Source: Cyanobacteria bacterium SZAS LIN-3 (GTDB taxonomy: Bacteria > Cyanobacteriota > Vampirovibrionia > Obscuribacterales > Obscuribacteraceae). From it: a stretch of DNA of 64,000 nucleotides. Made by a program: the position numbers and the translations under genes. The notes beneath the pieces were generated by a model. That model had not been told where the DNA came from. It was given only the letters and a program-made list of their open reading frames with translations, and searched no databases. The stretch is from contig JAFEAV010000023.1 of the NCBI GenBank assembly GCA_018266215.1, positions 760 through 64,759 on the forward strand, written 5' to 3'. Below, piece after piece: positions 9,082 to 17,159 of the stretch; the first letter of the stretch is position 1; every line of letters starts with the position of its first letter.

Positions 9082-9531
9082 TCAGGCCTTGCTGCACGGC
9101 GCATGGTCGCAGCAATTGATGCCGATGTAGAAAAAGAAGGACTGCATGTCAAAGTCATAGTCCCGGACCAGATACGGTTTCAGGCCATGCTCGTGACAGT
9201 AGATGAAAACCCGCATGGCTGCGTGCAGCAGCTTGTATGGGTCCGGGCGACGCGCTTCCCAAAACTCCGACTGCCAGCGCGGATCTTCGCTTGATTCATC
9301 GAAGCGCAGCCGCATGATGCGTCCATACGTGCGACCTTCTCGGAAGTGGGTCTGGACGCATTGCGGTATCTGAGCAATGACTGCTTCATAGCGGGCCTGC
9401 ATTTCACCGCTCAGTTGTTCGTGCATGGCGGCGACCAGGGCTTCTTGCTGCCTCTGAGCCTCTTGCGCCGCTTGTTGACCAGAGTTGGCCGCTCCTTTAA
9501 CGGCGTCGATAAAGTCATTGTCGTTTGCCAT
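9082..9531 (-). CDS. Hypothetical protein
   Basis: Start placed at MANDNDF (9529-9531), 10 bp after the ABC gene stop. No recognisable motif. Confidence 0.5.
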   Translation of the reverse strand: MANDNDFIDAVKGAANSGQQAAQEAQRQQEALVAAMHEQLSGEMQARYEAVIAQIPQCVQTHFREGRTYGRIMRLRFDESSEDPRWQSEFWEARRPDPYKLLHAAMRVFIYCHEHGLKPYLVRDYDFDMQSFFFYIGINCCDHAPCSKA

Positions 9532-9541
9532 TGAATCGTCC

Positions 9542-11368
9542 TCAGACATGCAGAGGGACGAGCTCCCAGCCACCGTCTCCGGTCAAGTTGAGGGCTTGTG
9601 CGTGGAAGCTGTCCAGTGAAGGTCGATGACCGACCGAGACATAAGTGGCACCAATAGATTGCAGGGTGCGGTAGAGCAGCTCTTCATTGGCCAGGTCCAG
9701 AGCGCTGGTCGCTTCGTCCAGGAAGACAAACCGCGGTCGGGCGATCAGCAGTCGAGCGAAGGCCAGACGTTGTTGCTCGCCCGGGGACAGTTCATCGCTC
9801 CAGGGGCGGAACATACCACTTTCTCCAGCGCCCGGGTAACCGTCCAGACCGCCCGGATAGCGGCTGGCAAGGAATCCCACATTGGCCTGTTCAAGAGCGG
9901 CAATCAGTGTGGCATCAGGTACAGCGCGGTCGAGACTGGGATACAAGAGCTGTTCGCGCAGAGTGCCCAGGCTCATGTATGGTTTCTGGGAGAGGAACAT
10001 CAAGGACGACAGGTCGGGTCTGTGGACTGTACCGGTGCCCGATCGCCAGAGACCGGCGATGGTTCTGAGCAGGGAGCTTTTGCCGCAGCCGCTGGAGCCT
10101 TTGATGAGCAGACCCGTACCTTGTGGGACGGTTGCCGAGACATTGCGAATCAGCAAACGTTTGTAGTCCGGTGTCATGAGAGTGACATTTTCGACAGCGA
10201 TGGTCTCTCCCACTATCGTGGCAATCGACGTATGCTCGCCGGTTTCGCTGGGATCCTTGCCCTTGAGTGCAGCGAGCAGCCCGGTCAGACGATTGACGTT
10301 GGCGGCAAAGGTACTGATTGTGCCAATCTGCGAGACGAAAATCGCCAGTGCGCCGAGCACTTGCGTGAAAGCCATACTGGCCTGGGCAAATGCACCAATC
10401 TGCACCTTGCCTTGCAAATAGAGCGGCAACATGATGGCCGCCGGCAGGATGGCCACAAAGTAGTCAAACCACGTGGTGAAGAGACTGACCTGCCGCTGAT
10501 ATCCGATCAGTGACAGATTGTTTTTCAAGGCAGCGTGAAAGCGCTTCAGGAGTTGGATAAACTCCGCCTTTTCGCCCTGGTAGAAAGCGATCGGTTCCAC
10601 ATTGTTGCGGATGTTGATCAGCCCGTAGCGGTAGTCGGCTTCCAGTTTTTGCTGGTTGTATTTAAAGCTGATCAGCTTGACCGAGAGCCAGATTGAAATA
10701 ATCGTGCCGGAGGCAGCATAGATTATGACGATGGCCGTAAGTGAAAACGACAGGCCCCACAATATCTGGATAAAAAAGAAGAGCGTAATCACCGCGTCAG
10801 CGACGGCAAGCACAAGGGCCAGTGCACCGCTGACAAATCCATCCACATCATTGGCTATACGTTCGTCGGGGTTATCGACGAGCGAAGTGGCCGCGATGCG
10901 GTAAAAGTTGCGTGCAGCAAAGTACAGCTTGAGAATATACTCCGTCAGCCACTTGCGCCACACGATCGCTAGCAGGCTGCGCAACCAGGCATAGATAACC
11001 ACAATCGGCGCGGCGACAACAAAGATTGAGGCCAGAATCGTCAGGTTATGCCAGGCGGCACTGACCAGGGCGGGATCTTTAGCGGCGTTGGGCAGCGTGT
11101 TTTGGAACGCGCCGTGGGCACCGTTAATCATGGCGTTCATTTTGCTGACGGCGATCAGGAATAGAAAGAGCAAAATGGCCAGGCCCCAGGCTTTGAATCT
11201 TTCCTGGATTTTGAACTTGAGACCGACGTAGGGGACTGTTATTTCAGACAGGTCGCGTGAGGTGAAGAAAGGTCTGGCCAGCTCTCCAACACTTTGCCAG
11301 AGGGCAGCGCTGAATATGCTGGAGTCGATGTTGATGTACGACAGAAACGCTCGTACTCTGGTGCTCAT
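9542..11368 (-). CDS. ABC half-transporter, fused permease-ATPase of the ABCD / SbmA-BacA-like type
   Basis: 608 aa. N-terminal multi-TM domain with the DNPDERIANDVDGF block typical of ABC_membrane_2 (ABCD) proteins. Walker A GSSGCGKSS, signature LSPGEQQR, Walker B FVFLDEATSALD. Confidence 0.8.
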   Translation of the reverse strand: MSTRVRAFLSYINIDSSIFSAALWQSVGELARPFFTSRDLSEITVPYVGLKFKIQERFKAWGLAILLFLFLIAVSKMNAMINGAHGAFQNTLPNAAKDPALVSAAWHNLTILASIFVVAAPIVVIYAWLRSLLAIVWRKWLTEYILKLYFAARNFYRIAATSLVDNPDERIANDVDGFVSGALALVLAVADAVITLFFFIQILWGLSFSLTAIVIIYAASGTIISIWLSVKLISFKYNQQKLEADYRYGLINIRNNVEPIAFYQGEKAEFIQLLKRFHAALKNNLSLIGYQRQVSLFTTWFDYFVAILPAAIMLPLYLQGKVQIGAFAQASMAFTQVLGALAIFVSQIGTISTFAANVNRLTGLLAALKGKDPSETGEHTSIATIVGETIAVENVTLMTPDYKRLLIRNVSATVPQGTGLLIKGSSGCGKSSLLRTIAGLWRSGTGTVHRPDLSSLMFLSQKPYMSLGTLREQLLYPSLDRAVPDATLIAALEQANVGFLASRYPGGLDGYPGAGESGMFRPWSDELSPGEQQRLAFARLLIARPRFVFLDEATSALDLANEELLYRTLQSIGATYVSVGHRPSLDSFHAQALNLTGDGGWELVPLHV

Positions 11369-12144
11369 AAATTTCTCCCGATGTGACCGGGCATTTCGAC
11401 GATTGCCGTACGAACTGTCTCGGTAATTAAGCCCGGGTCAAGACTGGCAAAGTCGTGCAACCAGATCGGTGTGCCGATCGTGACGGTCGCGCCTTTGCGC
11501 CACTTCAGGCCCATGGCCAGATAAGGACCTTTGGCCGTTTCTATATGGCGCCCGTGGTAGGTAAAACGAATCGGCACGAAGCCGATTTTCTCCCTGCGCT
11601 CGAGCTTTTCATATGCGCCGACGGCAATGAGCGAGAGCCCCAATTTAAAGGGCAGGAATTCGCCGGTGGGGCTGATTTTTGCCTCCGGAAAAATGACCAG
11701 TGCTTCGCCCGCACTCAAAACGTCAACGGCCGGCTGAATGGCGGTTTTGCCCTTCGAGCGATCGACTGCAAAGGAGCCGATGGCGCCCATGATGATGGCT
11801 TTCAATCCGCGGATGCCGCGCATTTCTTCGACCGCAGTCATGAAGCGTGGGAAGCGATTGAGAGCAACGTAGAGCAGGATTGGATCGAACATACTTGAGT
11901 GATTGGCGCAGAAGATAATGCGACTTTCGGTTGGGATGTTTTCGCGGCCAATCACTTTGACGCGCCCGACTTGAATGAACATCCAGATGCGGGCCAGAAT
12001 CTTGCCGATATATTGAATCGAGCGCACAGTATGCGGCATGAATCCGCTACTGAGACATTGATTTGCATAACGGCATATGACTCTATATCTGGTGCCGACT
12101 GTAACGCTAAGCGCGCGCCAGTCGTGATGTAATAGGTTTTTCAT
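11365..12144 (-). CDS. plsC: 1-acyl-sn-glycerol-3-phosphate (lysophospholipid) acyltransferase family protein
   Basis: Start at MKNLL, with GAGGAG 8 nt upstream. HX4D motif NHSSMFD and an FPEAKISPTGE block. The stop overlaps the ABC gene start as ATGA. Confidence 0.75.
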   Translation of the reverse strand: MKNLLHHDWRALSVTVGTRYRVICRYANQCLSSGFMPHTVRSIQYIGKILARIWMFIQVGRVKVIGRENIPTESRIIFCANHSSMFDPILLYVALNRFPRFMTAVEEMRGIRGLKAIIMGAIGSFAVDRSKGKTAIQPAVDVLSAGEALVIFPEAKISPTGEFLPFKLGLSLIAVGAYEKLERREKIGFVPIRFTYHGRHIETAKGPYLAMGLKWRKGATVTIGTPIWLHDFASLDPGLITETVRTAIVEMPGHIGRNL

Positions 12145-12212
12145 AGTAAAACTCCTCGCGCTGCCCGGGGACACAAATGCCGTCCTCCGGGAGCGCAGAA
12201 ATAAAATTGGAA

Positions 12213-13121
12213 CTAGCCTTTGCCGGAACCGGTTAGACGGTCCAGTGCGCTGGCCAGGGAAGCCCAGATTTCCGTCGCCCAGAGGCTAACGGAATTGGCC
12301 ATGGCGGCCAGAGATTGCCAGAGGCTCTCCACCCAGGCTGATACCTGCTGTTTGAGTAACGCAAGCCGACCGCCCAACCTGGCGAGCAATGCGCCAATGG
12401 CGGTATTGAGTTTTTGCATCACGGTCGTGAATGCTTGGGCCAGGAAGTTGTAGACAGGCTTTACCAGTTTGACTGCCAGGGCCCAGAGCTTGTCGATGAC
12501 GTTGTTCAGCCTGTGCCAGACCCCCTTTGCCTGTCTGTATAGCCACTCCAGCGCTTTCACAAAGCTTGGCCAGAGGGCGTTAACCAGGCGGACAACCTTG
12601 TCCCAGATCCAGTCGCCGAGTCTCACAGCGTAGGGCCAGAGGAAGCGAACCAGACGGACGACTTTATCCCAGCACCAGGTCCAGGCCCGCTTGACGTACG
12701 GCCGGACGAAGCACCAGAGCCGCCGCAGCTGTGGCCCGATTTTTGTCAGGATTATGCGGATTAAATTCAGTATCCGTCGCACGAGCCGGACAAGTGGCCT
12801 GAATATGACAAGGTAGGCAATCGGGAAGAGGTGCGTGTATGTGAGCACTTTGGCAGGAATGGCCACGGCCAGAGCCCAGAGTCCCAGCACCGGAATGAGC
12901 CAGAAAGCTGCAGCGAAAGCTACCAGAGAGGTCAGGGCTCCCAGCGTTCGCAGGAAGTCGTGGCCCTCATACACTTCTCTGTAGAGTGCTTCCCCGGTCT
13001 TTTTCCAGAGCAGGTAAGGGAGCATTACTGCGCCCATTACACCTTTGGTGATCAGCTCGACTAATTTGAGCAGGGGATTTTTGGAAGAGTGTTTTTGAGC
13101 GTTGTCACTCGTCTCGTTCAT
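12213..13121 (-). CDS. Membrane-anchored protein with a long 11-residue-periodic amphipathic repeat region
   Basis: Start at MNETSDN, with a GAGGAAG Shine-Dalgarno sequence. Hydrophobic helices are followed by about 17 consecutive 11-mers (RLVRFLWPYAV RLGDWIWDKVV RLVNALWPSFV KALEWLYRQAK ...). Confidence 0.65.
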   Translation of the reverse strand: MNETSDNAQKHSSKNPLLKLVELITKGVMGAVMLPYLLWKKTGEALYREVYEGHDFLRTLGALTSLVAFAAAFWLIPVLGLWALAVAIPAKVLTYTHLFPIAYLVIFRPLVRLVRRILNLIRIILTKIGPQLRRLWCFVRPYVKRAWTWCWDKVVRLVRFLWPYAVRLGDWIWDKVVRLVNALWPSFVKALEWLYRQAKGVWHRLNNVIDKLWALAVKLVKPVYNFLAQAFTTVMQKLNTAIGALLARLGGRLALLKQQVSAWVESLWQSLAAMANSVSLWATEIWASLASALDRLTGSGKG

Positions 13122-13239
13122 TTTGCTTCCTCGATGGAAGTCCACATGGAGCGCTCTCCTTAGCACCCCAGGCGAATTTTTAGATTGTCACCACGGTCCG
13201 GTGATGACGGATTGATGTCTGACTTCAATTTTGCTCCAG

Positions 13240-13590
13240 TCAGACTTCGATGCCGGGCACTATCTGGCGAAAATATCCCTTGCCCAGGAGTGATTTTGGT
13301 ATCAGGTGCGATAGCTCACCGGAGTCGGCATTGACTGCTCGCAGGCTGAAAAAATCCTCCGTCACATCTACCACCTCAAAGAACATGCCGCTCAGTCCTG
13401 GTTGTCTCAGCATGCATGCTTCAGCATGATGGCCCGGTCCGTGGTGGTACATGATTTGCAAGATATTGCCGATACTCAGTTTCTTGGAGTTTTGCATTCC
13501 AACATGCTCTCCATCTCCGTAGTATTTCGGGCCCATCCAGTTGTAAAAACGTTCGTTAGAATTATGCATGGCGGCTTCCGATGTCTTCAT
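13240..13590 (-). CDS. Hypothetical soluble protein (last gene of the coupled module)
   Basis: Start at MKTSEAAMHNS. This ATG overlaps the upstream stop as ATGA (13587-13590). No recognisable motif. Confidence 0.5.
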   Translation of the reverse strand: MKTSEAAMHNSNERFYNWMGPKYYGDGEHVGMQNSKKLSIGNILQIMYHHGPGHHAEACMLRQPGLSGMFFEVVDVTEDFFSLRAVNADSGELSHLIPKSLLGKGYFRQIVPGIEV

Positions 13591-13925
13591 CTGATGCCTG
13601 ATGCCAGCAGACTGCCGCCGGCTGCGGTCGCAAACCATGATGTAGCGACTGCCCAGGCCAGGGGGCCTGCTTCATGCAAGACCGCCACACCGAATATTGA
13701 GGACAGGGTCGTCAAAATTGCGATGCCGATCAAAGTGCGGATGGCGGACAGCTTCATAGCCAGGGTTATGCCAAAAGAGAGCAGACCCATCCAGGCAAAG
13801 AATATTGCCAGATGCGTGTCCCATACCATGTTGTAGGTGAAGAGTGCACCGAGCAGGCCCGCTTCTGCTGTGCCGAGGCACCACAGAGCGATTCCCATCG
13901 GGATTTGCCAGTTAATTGATGACAT
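13587..13925 (-). CDS. Small integral membrane protein (about 4 TM helices)
   Basis: 112 aa and strongly hydrophobic. The start overlaps the phosphatase gene end by 14 nt. Confidence 0.6.
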   Translation of the reverse strand: MSSINWQIPMGIALWCLGTAEAGLLGALFTYNMVWDTHLAIFFAWMGLLSFGITLAMKLSAIRTLIGIAILTTLSSIFGVAVLHEAGPLAWAVATSWFATAAGGSLLASGIR

Positions 13926-14619
13926 GGTGGCTTCCTCTATGAAAGTTTTGAAGAGGCGCTTTTTCGTGCGCCGTAGATAGATAGAGCACTTGTTTCAGCA
14001 GTTCATAGTCGCTCGGTTGTCTTTGCCCGCGCAGTTGGAAAACGGCTTCGACTTGCTCGTATGTTTCCACCGCACGGTCGTTATACCTGCTTCGGATTGC
14101 CGCTATCGGATCCGGAGTTTCTTTCCTTGACTCAAGCAGTGCCGCAAGACTGGCCAGAACAGTGCCTGTTCGGCCCAGACCCCCGTCGCAAAAGATGAGG
14201 ATGCGAGCACCTTGCCTGAGCTCGGCTACGATTTCTTCCAGACAGTAGCGGAAGTTGTTGCATACGCCCCCGAAATCGCGCATTGGCACCGCCAGGATCT
14301 GATAGCGTTTGCCGGAGCCGAAGGCCATATGCTGAGTCAGCGGGACCAGCAGGTCGTAGCCTTCGAGATCGCGAGCCGTGAGATACATGCCGCCGGCTGC
14401 CCAGACTTGGTAATCGCCGATTGATACTGCTTTTGGTTTGACGGCCGGGCTGAAGTGTCTGCGCTTTGCCAGGTAGGTGCGCAGTTCATCATCGAGGGCG
14501 GAGTCAGAGGGGAGGTCTGCGATCTTGCCGTCAATTTCCTCTCTTCCGATTGCAAACAAACCGGCAAGTGGAGCCATGCACGCCGCCATTGCCAGACAAA
14601 AAATAGATTGAACATTCAT
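13912..14619 (-). CDS. Cys-based protein-tyrosine/dual-specificity phosphatase-fold protein (CX5R) with an N-terminal signal or anchor
   Basis: Start at MNVQSIFCLAMAACMAPLAG. Its ATG shares one nucleotide with the upstream TGA (TGATG). P-loop ILIFCDGGLGRTGTV matches the C-X5-R-(S/T) signature. Confidence 0.65.
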   Translation of the reverse strand: MNVQSIFCLAMAACMAPLAGLFAIGREEIDGKIADLPSDSALDDELRTYLAKRRHFSPAVKPKAVSIGDYQVWAAGGMYLTARDLEGYDLLVPLTQHMAFGSGKRYQILAVPMRDFGGVCNNFRYCLEEIVAELRQGARILIFCDGGLGRTGTVLASLAALLESRKETPDPIAAIRSRYNDRAVETYEQVEAVFQLRGQRQPSDYELLKQVLYLSTAHEKAPLQNFHRGSHHVIN

Positions 14620-17159
14620 CAGAGTACTCCCTGGCCAGATTCGGCGTTTGAGTTGTTGTCGTTGCATCCGCCCCAGAGGCCGGCAATCAGTCCTTGTTCG
14701 TAAAGAGCCCTGACTTCAGGGTCTAAAGCTTTGTGGAGTGTCGTCAGTCGGGCGAATAGCTTATCGGTGCTGGAGATCGACTTCTTTGCGTCCAGTTGGT
14801 TCTGGAGCAGGTGTTCGTTTGCCTCAGCCATTCTGTGTTTGTTAAAAAGAACGCCTCCGTTGTGTTTGAGGTCAAAAACATGGTCGATATAAATCGAAGC
14901 CGGGACTCTTCCTGCCAGATACTCCCTGGGAGCCGCTGCAATTTGTGACCAGGGTCTGCCGCCAAAGCCGCTGCTCCAGGAGCTGTCGACAAAGGCGTGG
15001 GAAGCCAGGCGGAAGAACTCCTCCTGATAGCTGCAGTTCCTTGCCGCCAGCTTTTTCAATTTTTCCATTGTTGATTCGCCGCAATTACGCAGCTCGCCCA
15101 GGGCTTGCAGTTGCTTGACCTGGGGATTGTTCTTGCGGGCGTAATCCGGCAGCAAGAACAGTTCGGTGTAGACCGCATAAGTCAGGTAGCAGGTCAGTAT
15201 TTCTGCCAGTTGGCTTTCCACGGCTTTCAGTTTTGTGGTAATGCGGTCCTTCAAGGGATGACTTTTGCTGTTGGCCGCCATCGAGCTGAGCAGGTAAAAG
15301 TCGTTGTGCCATTGATTGATGTCCCATATTTGTTCCATCAGCGCCGGCAAGATAGCCGCATCGTGGATACGCAGTTCGGTGCGTTCCAGCCATTCTTTGA
15401 TCATCCGGGTATTGGCAGTAGCCTCGGCGTTTGCGATTGGAATCAGCCCGCGCACTACGATACCGGCGGCACCATCAACACTGACCTCTTGCCCCTCGCT
15501 GATAGTCTGACCGTCGCCAAAAGTCAGCTGATCGCCTTCTATGCGAAAATTGCAGCCCACAACGGCGGGAATATGCAGCCCTCGTGCTACTACCGCAGCG
15601 TGGCTGGTGGTGCCGCCACAGGATGTGATAATAGCTCTGGATGCGAGCATGGCCGGCAGATCGTCCGGGGATGTATCCATGCGCGCCAGGATCACGTCAA
15701 CATCAAAATCCGCCGCTTCCATCGCTTTTTCGATGCTGAAATACAGACGGCCGACGGCCACCTGTGGAGAGGCCGGAATGCCTTGCATATAGCCTTCCAC
15801 CAGAGCTGGTACGATCGCCTCCTGATCGAAGAATGTACAAGTGGTATCGTCGTCCAGAAAGCCGACGCTCATCAGTGCATCTTCTTCAATCCATTCGCCT
15901 TTTGCCACCTGGTTTACGGCAAAGTTGATTGCCGCTTCGCGAGAGCGTTTTGCACTGCGGACCTGTAGCAGATAGAGCACCCCGTCTTCAACAGTGAACT
16001 CAACGTCCACCATATCGCGATAGTGTCTGGCCAGCGTGTTGACGTGCGTCACAAGTTCGGCATAGACATCCGGCATGATCTCAGCTAACCCTTGCAATGA
16101 CAGAGGTGTTCTCACTCCGGCTACCACATCTTCGCCCTGGGCGTTGGCAAGAAATTCACCATAGAGCCCATCTTCCCCGGTAATCGGATTGGCGGAAAAT
16201 ACCACCCCCGTGCCGGAGTTGGCTCCCTTGTTGCCAAAAACCATGGCTTGCAGGATGACGGCAGTGCCCAGGTCGGCCGATATTTCTTCCTTCTTTCTGT
16301 AGGCGATTGCGCGTTCACTGTCCCAGGATTCCAGCACGGCCATGATGGATAAAGCCAGCTGTTCGTAGGGATTCTCCGGCATAGCCCGGCCGCAGCATTG
16401 GACAATAATTTTTTCAAACTGATCGCAAATCAGTTGCAGTTGATCTACGCTCAGCTCGCCGTCATTGTCCACGCCGCTGTGTTCCCTGGCCGTTTTCAGG
16501 CAGTTTTCAAACAGGCTGCGATCCGCGCCTAATACCGTGGTCCCAAACATTGCCAGGCAGCGGCGATACGAGTCCCAGGCAAAGCGTTCGCCCGCCCGTT
16601 GTCCCAGGCCGATTACAGAGTGACGATTGAGACCAACATTGAGAATGGTATCCATCATGCCGGGCATGCTCACTGGGGCACCGGAGCGCACTGAGAGTAA
16701 AAGCGGCTTGTCCTTGTTTCCGAAGGTCAAACCGCTTTGTCTCTCAAGCGACTCTATGGCCAGTGCGAGTTCTCGTGCGAGGGAGGCCGGCAATTTGCCT
16801 CTTGTGTTGAAATAGCGTGAGGCTGTTGTCAGCACTGTGGCGCCTGGGGTACCGGGAATGCCAAGTCTGGCCATTTCAGAGAGTCCCATGCCTTTGCCGC
16901 CACGAAGGTCAGGATCAAAAGAACCGAGGTGTCCTTCGGCAAAGTCGAAAACAAGACGGGGGGAAAGCAGACGGTCGGTGAAGTGGGACACTTTGATCCG
17001 CGCCAGCGGGAGTGAACCGATCAGACCGCGAGCGGCAAGTAGTTCCCGGTAAAGCACCGCGGCATGGCTGAGATTCGACTGAGGAGATTCATTCGTGGTG
17101 CTGAAGTCTGATGATTGCTCGGGCCAGTTAAGTGTAAATTGAGTTGCTGTAGCGTTCAT
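14619..17159 (-). CDS. Pyruvate-phosphate-dikinase-family enzyme with a non-canonical C-terminal domain
   Basis: Start at MNATATQ, with GGAG 6 nt upstream. PPDK N-terminal blocks GGKGMGLSEMARLGIP, MMDTILNVGLN, WDSYRRCLAMFG, GEFLANAQGEDVVAGVRTP and DVEFTVEDGVLYLLQVRSAKRS. Swivel domain TSPDDLPAM...GGTTSHAAVVARGLHIPAVVG. The last ~270 aa lack every PEP/pyruvate TIM-barrel block. Confidence 0.8.
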   Translation of the reverse strand: MNATATQFTLNWPEQSSDFSTTNESPQSNLSHAAVLYRELLAARGLIGSLPLARIKVSHFTDRLLSPRLVFDFAEGHLGSFDPDLRGGKGMGLSEMARLGIPGTPGATVLTTASRYFNTRGKLPASLARELALAIESLERQSGLTFGNKDKPLLLSVRSGAPVSMPGMMDTILNVGLNRHSVIGLGQRAGERFAWDSYRRCLAMFGTTVLGADRSLFENCLKTAREHSGVDNDGELSVDQLQLICDQFEKIIVQCCGRAMPENPYEQLALSIMAVLESWDSERAIAYRKKEEISADLGTAVILQAMVFGNKGANSGTGVVFSANPITGEDGLYGEFLANAQGEDVVAGVRTPLSLQGLAEIMPDVYAELVTHVNTLARHYRDMVDVEFTVEDGVLYLLQVRSAKRSREAAINFAVNQVAKGEWIEEDALMSVGFLDDDTTCTFFDQEAIVPALVEGYMQGIPASPQVAVGRLYFSIEKAMEAADFDVDVILARMDTSPDDLPAMLASRAIITSCGGTTSHAAVVARGLHIPAVVGCNFRIEGDQLTFGDGQTISEGQEVSVDGAAGIVVRGLIPIANAEATANTRMIKEWLERTELRIHDAAILPALMEQIWDINQWHNDFYLLSSMAANSKSHPLKDRITTKLKAVESQLAEILTCYLTYAVYTELFLLPDYARKNNPQVKQLQALGELRNCGESTMEKLKKLAARNCSYQEEFFRLASHAFVDSSWSSGFGGRPWSQIAAAPREYLAGRVPASIYIDHVFDLKHNGGVLFNKHRMAEANEHLLQNQLDAKKSISSTDKLFARLTTLHKALDPEVRALYEQGLIAGLWGGCNDNNSNAESGQGVL

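Noticed and set aside
9626-10513. 295-aa plus-strand ORF inside the ABC transporter gene. Similar long antisense ORFs lie at 15105-15968, 40084-40680, 44322-44876, 45105-45629, 56252-56989 and 58082-58786.
   Set aside because: All lie opposite genes with clear family signatures and have the arginine/glycine-rich composition typical of antisense frames.
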